35,137 nt of DNA. It comes from Leucobacter sp. (GTDB taxonomy: Bacteria > Actinomycetota > Actinomycetes > Actinomycetales > Microbacteriaceae). Positions 18,871 to 26,899 of the stretch are shown piece by piece. The first letter of the stretch is position 1, and each line of letters opens with the position of its first letter. A model generated the notes under the pieces. That model was not told the origin of the DNA. It made no database searches and worked only from the letters and a program-made list of their open reading frames with translations. The position numbers were made by a program, and so were the translations under genes. The DNA is taken from positions 1 to 35,137 of the forward strand of contig JAAZHL010000026.1 in assembly GCA_012510755.1 (NCBI GenBank), read 5' to 3'.

Positions 18871-20305
18871 ACCCCAGGTACTCTTCGGTCACGTTGCCGG
18901 CGAGGTATTCGCCGGTGAAGCAGGCCTGTTCGAGTTCGGTGACTTTGCTCTGACCGCTTAAGATGGCGCGCTTCATGCCCTCGACCGTCTGGTACACGAG
19001 GTGGTCGGCACCCATAAGCGCGGCAATCTCGTCATTCGTGCGGTCGTGAGCAATCAGCTCACCCCGTGTGGGCATATTGATGCCGTATACGTGCGGGTAG
19101 AGCACCGGAGGTGCGGCCGAGGCGAAAGTGACCGATGCGGCGCCTGCACTGCGCGCCATCTCGACGATCTCTCGCGAAGTGGTGCCGCGCACGATCGAAT
19201 CGTCGACGATCAGCACGTTCTTACCCTGAAACTCGGTGCTCATCGCGTTCAGCTTCTGTCGCACTGAGCGCTTGCGCACCGACTGGCCGGGCATGATGAA
19301 GGTGCGGCCGACATAGCGGTTCTTGAAGAAACCCTCTCGGTATTCGATGCCGAGTTTCTGTGCCACCTGCATGGCGCTGGGCCGCGCCGAGTCAGGAATA
19401 GGCATGACCACATCGATGTCGCCAGCCGTGACCTCACGCGCCACCTGCTCGGCGAGCACATCGCCGAGTCGCAGCCGCGCGTCGTAGACCGAGATGCCGC
19501 TCAACACTGAGTCGGGGCGTGCAAGGTAAATGTATTCGAACGAGCAGGGCAGGAGCCGCGTGTGTTGCGCGCACTGACGCGAATGGAGTTCGCCGTCAGG
19601 CGTGATAAACACGGCCTCGCCCGGCCGCACGTCGCGCACGATCTCATACCCACCCGATTCGAGTACGAGCGATTCGCTCGCTACCACCCATTCGGCGCGG
19701 CCGCTGTCGGTTTCGCGCCGCCCCAACACGAGCGGGCGAATGCCGAACGGGTCGCGAAATGCGAGCAGCCCGTGCCCCGCGATCAGGGCGATCGCGGCAT
19801 ACGAACCATCAGCGCGCTCGTGCACCCGAGACACTGCATCGAAGACTTGGTCGGGGCTGAGCGAACCGTCTGCGGCGCTGTGCTGCAGCTCACCCGCGAG
19901 CACGTTGAGCAGCAGTTCGGTGTCGGAATGCGTGTTGAGGTGCCTGCGCTCCACGTTTGACAGCTCTGACACCAACTCGCGCGTGTTCGTGAGATTGCCG
20001 TTGTGCACCAAAATAATGCCGTAGGGCGCGTTCACGTAGAACGGCTGCGCCTCCTCTTCGAGCGCAGCAGAACCGCTCGTGGCATACCGCACATGACCGA
20101 GACCCACGTTGCCGAGCAGCGATCGCATATCGCGTGTGCGATAGGCCTCGCGCACCTGCCCGCGCGCCTTGACCATATGAAACTGGTATCCATCGGCGGT
20201 CGCGATGCCGGTCGAATCTTGGCCGCGGTGCTGCAACAGCAGCAAGCTGTCGTAGATCTGTTGGTTCACGGGCTCTGCTGAGACGATACCTACGATGCCG
20301 CACAT
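18845..20305 (-). CDS. purF: Amidophosphoribosyltransferase
   Basis: MCGIVG (N-terminal catalytic Cys), LQHRGQD, GHVRYAT, HNGNLTN, VDDSIVRGTT. Confidence 0.98.
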   Translation of the reverse strand: MCGIVGIVSAEPVNQQIYDSLLLLQHRGQDSTGIATADGYQFHMVKARGQVREAYRTRDMRSLLGNVGLGHVRYATSGSAALEEEAQPFYVNAPYGIILVHNGNLTNTRELVSELSNVERRHLNTHSDTELLLNVLAGELQHSAADGSLSPDQVFDAVSRVHERADGSYAAIALIAGHGLLAFRDPFGIRPLVLGRRETDSGRAEWVVASESLVLESGGYEIVRDVRPGEAVFITPDGELHSRQCAQHTRLLPCSFEYIYLARPDSVLSGISVYDARLRLGDVLAEQVAREVTAGDIDVVMPIPDSARPSAMQVAQKLGIEYREGFFKNRYVGRTFIMPGQSVRKRSVRQKLNAMSTEFQGKNVLIVDDSIVRGTTSREIVEMARSAGAASVTFASAAPPVLYPHVYGINMPTRGELIAHDRTNDEIAALMGADHLVYQTVEGMKRAILSGQSKVTELEQACFTGEYLAGNVTEEYLGWLEATQVS

Positions 20306-20527
20306 GGGTTGAGTGTTGCTCCTGCGAGTGGATCTGGCGCCGCGCGCCGCGACTCATACAGTCTACGCGTGTGCAGGCTCTGCTCGCGCATGCGCGGATT
20401 TTCGTCGGGGTGCAACACTCAGCGAGTCACCCCGAGCATCACTTCTGAAAGACCTCCGCCGGTGTCGCCCAGTCGAGCGCCGTCCGCTCCCGTGATTCCT
20501 CGCCCCGGGCTGCCCCGCACCTTGCTT

Positions 20528-20695
20528 GCTGCTCCCCGTGCTCCCGCTGCCCCGGCTTCCCTCGCCCTGGTCTCACCCCGCCTGACCCGGGCACGACCCC
20601 CTCACCGCCTTACCGCTGCTCCTGCCCCCGCTGCACCGGCTTCCCTCGCCCTGGTCTCACCCCGCCTGACCCGGGCACGACCCCTCACCGCCCTG
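20528..20695. repeat. C-rich tandem duplication, period ~84 bp
   Basis: CCCGCTGC[C/A]CCGGCTTCCCTCGCCCTGGTCTCACCCCGCCTGACCCGGGCACGACCCC(C)TCACCGCC at 20543-20609 and 20627-20692. Confidence 0.9.
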
Positions 20696-20718
20696 CCCAC
20701 GCTGCCACGGCGTTGCAA

Positions 20719-20782
20719 GCACCAATCTGCCATTTACAACCTGATTTCAGCAGATTTGGGGTTGTAGAACGCAGATAGGTGC
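20719..20782. repeat. ~64-bp imperfect AT-richer palindrome
   Basis: GCACC-A-ATCTGC-CATT-TACAACC ... GGTTGTA-GAAC-GCAGAT-A-GGTGC, with an ~18-nt loop. Confidence 0.8.
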
Positions 20783-21000
20783 GGCAAGTAAGACGGTGGC
20801 ACAAGCAAGGTGGTGGCGCAGGGCCGCGGTGGCGCAGGGCCGTGGTGACGCAGGGCCGCGGTCCGGCAAGTAAGGACGGTGCGGCAAGTAAGACGGTGGC
20901 GCAGGGCCGTGGCGGCGCAGGGCGGGGACGCAGGGTCGCCGTGGCGGCACGGGGACGCAGGGCCGCGGTGGCGGCACGGGGACGTAGCGCCGTGGGCAGG
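20778..21000. repeat. G-rich mosaic minisatellite of ~16-18-bp units
   Basis: Repeated units GGTGGCGCAGGGCCG[C/T], GGTGCGGCAAGTAAGAC and GTGGCGGCACGGGGACG are interleaved. Confidence 0.85.
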
Positions 21001-21091
21001 GGTCATCCGGTGCCCGGTAGTGCGGCAAGGTCGAGCGTGCACCGTTCATGCTGTAACGGCACACGCGGGCAACAAACTGGGACAGGGTCGG

Positions 21092-22405
21092 TTAGGGGCG
21101 CCCCATGCCGCGCACCCGCCAGCCCGCCGCACGCCACGCGTCGCGGTTCAGGGCGTTGCGCGCATCGACAATGACGGGGCGCGCAACCAGCTTGGCAGCG
21201 TGCGCTGGGTCGAGGTCGTAGCGGTATTCGGGCCATTCGGTGACGAGCAGCACCACTTCGGCGTCGCGCAAGGCGGTGTCAAGGTCGGCTTCGTAGGCGA
21301 GTTGCGGGTGGACGTTGCGAGCGTCATCGATGGCACGAGGATCAGTCACCACCACATCTGCGCCCAACCCGTGCAGGCGAGTCGCCGCAAACAGGGCGGG
21401 GGAGTCGCGGGTGTCATCGCTGTGCGGCTTGAACGCTGCCCCGAGCACCGCGACCCGCTTGCCAAGCGGGCTACCGCCTAACTCGTCGACCACCAGTTGC
21501 ACGGCGTGTTCGCGGCGGCGCAGGTTGATCGCGTCGACATCGCGCAAGACGCCAACCGAGTCGCGCAGCCCGAGTTCTTCGGCGCGGGCGGCGAAGGCGC
21601 GAATGTCTTTGGGGAGGCAACCGCCACCGAAACCGATGCCTGCGCCGAGAAAGCGGCGACCGATGCGGTCGTCGTGCCCGATCGCATCGGCGAGCACGGT
21701 GACATCGGCCCCGGTGACTTCGGCGATTTCTGCCATCGCGTTGATGAACGAGATCTTGGTGGCGAGAAATGCGTTGGCCGATACCTTCACGAGTTCGGCG
21801 GTCGCGTAGTCGGCGACAATACAGGGGGTGCCCACCTCGAGTGGCGTGCGGTACACCTCACGCAGCACGGCTTCGGCACGCTGCCCGGCCGAATCGCTCG
21901 CCACGCCGATGACCAGACGATCGGGTTCGAGGGTGTCTTTCACGGCCCAGCCCTCGCGCAAAAACTCGGGGTTCCAGGCAAGCTCTGCCCCCGCCTCGCG
22001 CACCAGCGGTGCGAGCCGTGCTGCGGTGCCGACGGGCACCGTCGACTTGCCTGCGACCACGGCCCCGGCCTGTAGATGTGGCAGCAGGCTCGCTACGGCT
22101 GCATCAACAAAACTCAGGTCGGCCGCTGAACCGTCTTTGACCTGTGGCGTGCCGACGCAGATGAAGTGCACCTCGGCGGCCGCGGCGTCGGCAATGTCTG
22201 CCGAGAAGCTCAGCCTGCCGTTGTCGATGCCCGTGCGCAACAGATCGTCAAGGCCAGGCTCAAAGAATGGTGAGACCCCGGTGGCCAGCTGTGCGACCCG
22301 GTCAGTGCTCGTGTCGATGCCGATGACCCGGTGCCCGAGTGATGCCATCGCCGCCGCGTGAACGGCGCCAAGGTAGCCGCAGCCGATCACTGAGATTGTT
22401 GTCAC
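21092..22405 (-). CDS. ugd: UDP-glucose 6-dehydrogenase (UDP-glucose/GDP-mannose dehydrogenase family)
   Basis: VIGCGYLG Rossmann motif, ICVGTP, KSTVPVGT, NPEFLREG, GFGGGCLPKD (catalytic Cys), FKPHSDD. GTG at 22405 overlaps the upstream stop (GTGA). Confidence 0.93.
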   Translation of the reverse strand: MTTISVIGCGYLGAVHAAAMASLGHRVIGIDTSTDRVAQLATGVSPFFEPGLDDLLRTGIDNGRLSFSADIADAAAAEVHFICVGTPQVKDGSAADLSFVDAAVASLLPHLQAGAVVAGKSTVPVGTAARLAPLVREAGAELAWNPEFLREGWAVKDTLEPDRLVIGVASDSAGQRAEAVLREVYRTPLEVGTPCIVADYATAELVKVSANAFLATKISFINAMAEIAEVTGADVTVLADAIGHDDRIGRRFLGAGIGFGGGCLPKDIRAFAARAEELGLRDSVGVLRDVDAINLRRREHAVQLVVDELGGSPLGKRVAVLGAAFKPHSDDTRDSPALFAATRLHGLGADVVVTDPRAIDDARNVHPQLAYEADLDTALRDAEVVLLVTEWPEYRYDLDPAHAAKLVARPVIVDARNALNRDAWRAAGWRVRGMGRP

Positions 22406-24459
22406 TGGGGGTGCTCCTGACCGGTTGCTGACAGCGTGATGTAGTGATCGTGTTTGGCGGTGATGCCGTCGCCTGCGGTGCGGCCACGCACTCTGCGCCA
22501 CGCCCAGGGCAGCGCGTGGGCGCGCAGCCACGAGACCTGCTTCGAATTCTCGTCACCAAAATCTGGGGCGTGCAGCGTGCGCTCGAGATCACCAAGAATC
22601 AGTGCGTCGGGCACGCCGAGCACTTCGGCAGCCCGGTAGGCGAGCGCACGGTGGCCAGCCGAAGCCAGGTGCACGCGATCCTCGCTCCAATTCTCGAGAT
22701 CGCCGATCTCTGGCGCTGTTTCAATATCGAGCAGCAGACAGCCGTGCGTGCGTGCAATGCGGCGCACCTGCATGTTGTATTCGGCGAATCGTTTCGCAAG
22801 CAGTTTCGCAACCGCGCGTCGGGGCAAGAATGGTGTGCCGAGCATGACCGCAACGTCGGCGCCGCGCAGGCGTGCAACTTGCCGCTCGAGCTCATTCGCC
22901 ACGGCGCCGATGTTGACGCGAGAAAGCACCAGATCGTTTGATCCGGCCAACACCGACACGAAATCTGGCGCTAGCTGCAGCGCGCGGGTGACCTGCTCGT
23001 CGAGGTGTGCCACGCGGCGACTGCGCACGGCGAGATTGGCAAATTTGATGCCGCGCTCGTCTCCTGTTTCAGCCAGCAGCATGCCGAGCCGTGCCGCCCA
23101 ACCCAAATGTTCGCCCGCGGGCATGCGCGAGGTGTCGCCGATACCTTCGGTGATGGAGTCGCCGAGAGCCACGTAGTTCCGCCATTGTGGAGCTGGGGGT
23201 GCGCTCACCGGCAGCGGTTCGCTGCGTGGGCGCACTCTCGGTCGAGTGAGCAACGCGTCGTCGATCTGACGCAACTCAATCGCCTCGAGGTAGTGCGCCT
23301 CGAGTTGTTCGCTCAGCGCAGCCCAGGTGCGGTGCCGCACGGCAGCGCGTGCGGATTCTGCAAATGCCTGCCGCTTGGCCGCCTCGCCGACGAGGTCGAG
23401 CACCCGATCCCGCATCTCTTCGAGGTTGCCTGGCTCATACAGCCACCCCGTGATGCTGTTCTCGACCAGGTCGAGGGGCCCGCCGCTGCCGGTGGCCACC
23501 ACGGGAAGCCCGCTTGCGTGCGCCTCTTGCACACCCTGGCAGAACGTCTCGCTCTCGCCCGGGTGCACAAACACGTCGAGGCTGGCGAGTGCCGTTGCGA
23601 GGTCGTCGCCGCCAAGAAACCCTGTGAAGTGTGCGTTCGGCAGCAACTTCTCGAGCGACTCGCGGCTCGGCCCGTCGCCAATGATGACGAGCCGTATGCC
23701 GGGCAGGTCATGCAACACTTCCAGGTCTTCAACCTGCTTCTCGGGTGAGAGTCGGCCTGCGTAGCCGACCAGCACGGGGTCTGGGGTGTGGCCGTCGAAC
23801 CGGTTAGGTGTGCGGTCGCTGCCGCGGGCCGCCGCATTGTTGGTTGCGCAGTTAGCTACCTTCTCGGCTGCCGCGAACGCTTCGCGTACCCGGCCTTCTC
23901 GACGCTCGGGTGCAAAGCGATCGGCGTCAACGCCACGACCCCAGCGGCGCAGGCGGTCGACCCCGAGTTCGGTGAGAAAGGCGGTTGCCGAGGTTGAAGG
24001 GGCGAGAGTCAGCGTGGCGCGGCGGTGTAGCCGGGCAATGTGTGAGGCGGCGAGCGAAGTGGCCCCGGCCACCCCGTAGCGGGCCGCGTAGGCGGCAACG
24101 TCGGTCTGGTAGACCGCCACGGTTGGGATGCCGAGCGCGTCGGCGGCGCGCACTCCGGCCCAACCGAGCACAAACGGTGACGCCAGGTGCACGACGTCGG
24201 GCGAAAACTTACGCAGTGTTTTCGCAAGCTTCGTCGCAGTCGTCGACACGATGCGAACGGCGGGGTAGCCGGGCATCGGCATCGAAGGCAACAGCTTGGT
24301 CTGTGCGCCGTGCAGGTCGGCGTCGATTGGCCCCGCGTTCGGGGCGATGATGAGCACCTCATGACCACGGACAGTGAGGTGTTTCACCGACTGCAGAATT
24401 GAGCCGGTGACGCCGTTCATGTGCGGCAGAAAGGACTCTGCGAGTATCGCAATCTTCAC
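22402..24459 (-). CDS. GT4 glycosyltransferase (MgtA/SQD2/Agt-like) fused to a C-terminal SGNH/GDSL hydrolase domain
   Basis: N-terminal ESFLPHMNGV, GRLSPEK and the E-x7-E motif ETFCQGVQE. C-terminal VALGDSITEG, NLAVRS, AGSNDL and DRVH (SGNH blocks I, II, III, V). One uninterrupted 685-aa ORF. Confidence 0.9.
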   Translation of the reverse strand: MKIAILAESFLPHMNGVTGSILQSVKHLTVRGHEVLIIAPNAGPIDADLHGAQTKLLPSMPMPGYPAVRIVSTTATKLAKTLRKFSPDVVHLASPFVLGWAGVRAADALGIPTVAVYQTDVAAYAARYGVAGATSLAASHIARLHRRATLTLAPSTSATAFLTELGVDRLRRWGRGVDADRFAPERREGRVREAFAAAEKVANCATNNAAARGSDRTPNRFDGHTPDPVLVGYAGRLSPEKQVEDLEVLHDLPGIRLVIIGDGPSRESLEKLLPNAHFTGFLGGDDLATALASLDVFVHPGESETFCQGVQEAHASGLPVVATGSGGPLDLVENSITGWLYEPGNLEEMRDRVLDLVGEAAKRQAFAESARAAVRHRTWAALSEQLEAHYLEAIELRQIDDALLTRPRVRPRSEPLPVSAPPAPQWRNYVALGDSITEGIGDTSRMPAGEHLGWAARLGMLLAETGDERGIKFANLAVRSRRVAHLDEQVTRALQLAPDFVSVLAGSNDLVLSRVNIGAVANELERQVARLRGADVAVMLGTPFLPRRAVAKLLAKRFAEYNMQVRRIARTHGCLLLDIETAPEIGDLENWSEDRVHLASAGHRALAYRAAEVLGVPDALILGDLERTLHAPDFGDENSKQVSWLRAHALPWAWRRVRGRTAGDGITAKHDHYITLSATGQEHPQ

Positions 24460-24630
24460 GATTCCATAGTGACCCGTGAAGATGTCGTCACTGGTTAAAA
24501 CCGGCGCTTCTCACGCAGAGTTCGCTCAGAATGCGCCGAGTGGTAACTTGCCGGTCGTTGAATGACTTGAGGGTGAAAATCTGTTAACCGAAAGTCGTCG
24601 TCTCGAATGGGCGCCCGCGGTGGCAGACGG

Positions 24631-24636
24631 TAGGCT
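24631..24636 (+). promoter_or_regulatory. Probable -10 element TAGGCT of a leaderless purM transcript
   Basis: GGTAGGCT lies 7 nt before GTG 24644. Confidence 0.5.
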
Positions 24637-24643
24637 GGGAAGG

Positions 24644-25756
24644 GTGAGCGAACAGCAGAACAACGCATATGCCAAAGCCGGGGTCGACACTGCCGCCGGC
24701 GATCTCGCCGTCGAGCTGATGAAGTCAGCGGTGAGCCGCACCCACGGGCCCGAAGTCATCGGTGGCGTTGGCGGGTTTGCAGGTTTGTTCGACGCGAGTG
24801 CACTCACGGGCTACAAGCGCCCGCTGCTGGCAAGCTCGACCGATGGGGTCGGCACAAAGGTCGCCATCGCGCAGGCCATCGACACGCATGACACCATCGG
24901 CCAAGACCTGGTGGCGATGGTGGTCGACGACATTGTTGTGGTTGGCGCGAAACCGCTGTTTATGACCGATTACATTGCCTGCGGCAAAGTCGTACCCGAC
25001 CGCATCGCAGCGATCGTGCGCGGCATCGCCGAGGCTTGCGAAGCCACCGGTACCGCGCTCGTGGGCGGCGAAACCGCAGAGCACCCTGGCCTGCTCGGCC
25101 CCGATGACTACGATGTTGCTGGCGCCGCCGTGGGCGTCGTAGAGGCCGACGATGTGCTGGGTCCCGAACGTGTGCAGCACGGCGATGTGGTGCTCGCGAT
25201 GGCCGCCTCGGGTCTGCATTCAAATGGCTATTCGCTGGTGCGGCACATTCTTGCGGAGCGTGGCATCAATTATCACGACCACGCCGCCGACCTCGGCACC
25301 AGCTATGGCGAGGCATTGCTCGTGCCAACCGCGCTCTACACTGGCCCGCTGCTGCGCGTGCTTGAAGACCCCGAGCTTGCTGGGGCGATCCACTCGCTCA
25401 GCCACGTCACCGGAGGTGGCATTGCGGCGAACCTTGCGCGCGTGCTGCCGGTCGGTGCGTGGGTCGAAGTGCATCGTTCGACCTGGTCGCCATTGCCCGT
25501 GTTCCGCCATCTCGCTGACCTCGGTGGCCACACGCTCGAGAGCCTTGAAGGTGCCTGGAACTTGGGCATCGGCATGTTCGCCGTGGTCGATGCGGCCAAG
25601 GCCGACGCCGTCACCGCTGCGCTCACCGCACAGGGCATCACCACCTGGCGTGCTGGTGAGATCAGCACATCAGCGCGTGACCTGACCGGGTTCGAGCAGG
25701 GAGCAAAGGGCGTCGACGGCGGCGCAGTGCAGCTCGTTGGTGCGTTCGCCAGCTAG
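24644..25756 (+). CDS. purM: Phosphoribosylformylglycinamidine cyclo-ligase (AIR synthetase)
   Basis: YAKAGVD, GGFAGLF, TDGVGTK, GGETAEHP, SGLHSNGYSL, SHVTGGG. Confidence 0.98.
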   Translation: MSEQQNNAYAKAGVDTAAGDLAVELMKSAVSRTHGPEVIGGVGGFAGLFDASALTGYKRPLLASSTDGVGTKVAIAQAIDTHDTIGQDLVAMVVDDIVVVGAKPLFMTDYIACGKVVPDRIAAIVRGIAEACEATGTALVGGETAEHPGLLGPDDYDVAGAAVGVVEADDVLGPERVQHGDVVLAMAASGLHSNGYSLVRHILAERGINYHDHAADLGTSYGEALLVPTALYTGPLLRVLEDPELAGAIHSLSHVTGGGIAANLARVLPVGAWVEVHRSTWSPLPVFRHLADLGGHTLESLEGAWNLGIGMFAVVDAAKADAVTAALTAQGITTWRAGEISTSARDLTGFEQGAKGVDGGAVQLVGAFAS

Positions 25757-25765
25757 TTCGTGCGC

Positions 25766-25828
25766 GGGGTCGCCATTCTGCGAGAACGTAGAGAGTCGCT
25801 GAACCTCATGCAGAATGAGGCGATCCTC
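25766..25828. repeat. ~60-bp imperfect palindrome between convergent purM and DUF3073 (REP-like or bidirectional terminator)
   Basis: GGGGTCGCC-ATTCTGC-GAG ... CTC-AT-GCAGAAT-GA-GGCGATCCTC. Confidence 0.6.
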
Positions 25829-25924
25829 CGGCTTCGCGCAAAATAACGAACCGGGTGCGCAAGGGCAACAAGCCGGGTGCGCAGGATGACGGATTATGCA
25901 CGCATCAGGGCGTGACGAACGCGA

Positions 25925-26113
25925 CTACTCTTCTTCGTCGGAGTAATCGTCTTCATCGTCGTTGTACTTCTCTGCATACTCCGCCCAGGGGTCTGCAGAA
26001 GAATTACTCGACGCGAGCTCGCGCTCAAGTTGGGACAGGTCGGTATTGGGGCTGAAGTATTTCAGTTCCCGAGCTACCTTAGTGTGCTTTGCTTTTTGAC
26101 GGCCGCGCCCCAC
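25925..26113 (-). CDS. DUF3073 family small protein (Rv0810c-like)
   Basis: MGRGRQKAKHTKVARELKY followed by an acidic tail; conserved actinobacterial neighbour of purM. Confidence 0.92.
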   Translation of the reverse strand: MGRGRQKAKHTKVARELKYFSPNTDLSQLERELASSNSSADPWAEYAEKYNDDEDDYSDEEE

Positions 26114-26136
26114 GCGTGACCCCCTTACACATTCGG

Positions 26137-26163
26137 GCCTCGCGAATGGTCATTTCGCGAGGC
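26137..26163 (-). promoter_or_regulatory. Stem-loop in the probable 5' leader of DUF3073
   Basis: GCCTCGCGAA...TTCGCGAGGC 10-bp stem between a TAGACT -10 candidate (26201-26206, minus strand) and the start codon. Confidence 0.45.
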
Positions 26164-26251
26164 ACTTGCTCAAAGTAAACGTAAATTGACGTATGGGCTA
26201 AGTCTACCATTCTTTTAATCGCATTCTCGAGCTGCGGCTACGATAAGACCT

Positions 26252-26899
26252 ATGAATGAATCGCCAGCGAAGGGCACAATGCTGCGTCGCGTGCTGTTTG
26301 CGGTTCTCGCACTCGCTGTATTGGCGCTCGTGGGCGCTGTGGTGATGCTCGTGCCCATTCTCACTCACGAAAGTGCAGGCGATTCTGGGCAGCAGGTGCC
26401 AGAGGGTTTCGCCACGCAGGCCACGGCAACTGGCGCTGACGGGCGCACTCGAACGCTGAGCCTGACCGCCACCGATGGCACCGAGATTGACCCTTCGCAG
26501 CTGCAACCGGGAGACGAGTTGCTCGTGCACGGCACGGGCTTCGACTCGGACATCGGCATCTATGTGTCGATCTGTGCGGTGCCAGAGATTGCCCACGAGA
26601 AGCCGACGCCGTGCCTTGGGGGGCTGCCCGAAGGTGCGATGGACGGTGAGGCCGCAGGTAGAGACACTTTCGAATCAAGCATCTGGATTACGAACGACTG
26701 GGCGTGGAGCGCCTTCGCCACCAAACGCTTCGATGATGCCGCGACCGGCTCCTTTGAGGCCCGATTGCTGGTTCCCGCAGCCACGCAAGAGGGGCTTGAC
26801 TGCACGGTCACCCGCTGTGCAGTGACCACGCGTGCAGACCACACGGCCTCGAGCGACCGTGTACAAGATATGCAGTTGCCTGTCGGGTTTAGCCAGTGA
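26252..26899 (+). CDS. Membrane-anchored exported protein with a neocarzinostatin-like (Ig-like, four Cys) domain
   Basis: N-terminal RR plus hydrophobic anchor; LQPGDELLVHGTGF..IYVSICAV, PCLGG, GSFEARLLV, LDCTVTRCAV, PVGFS. Confidence 0.75.
   Translation: MNESPAKGTMLRRVLFAVLALAVLALVGAVVMLVPILTHESAGDSGQQVPEGFATQATATGADGRTRTLSLTATDGTEIDPSQLQPGDELLVHGTGFDSDIGIYVSICAVPEIAHEKPTPCLGGLPEGAMDGEAAGRDTFESSIWITNDWAWSAFATKRFDDAATGSFEARLLVPAATQEGLDCTVTRCAVTTRADHTASSDRVQDMQLPVGFSQ

Noticed and set aside
20306-20365. Purine, ZMP or PRPP riboswitch upstream of purF or other pur genes
   Set aside because: Leaders are too short or absent, and I could not recognise any consensus aptamer tracts.
20528-21000. 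Possible CRISPR array
   Set aside because: Repeat units are adjacent or interleaved without unique, constant-length spacers, and no cas genes are present.
20309-21481. ORFs across the repeat region (20309-20767, 20734-21042, 20747-21064, 20779-21174, 20879-21481)
   Set aside because: Low-complexity Pro/Arg/Ala translations arising from GC-rich repeats, with no RBS or recognisable domain.
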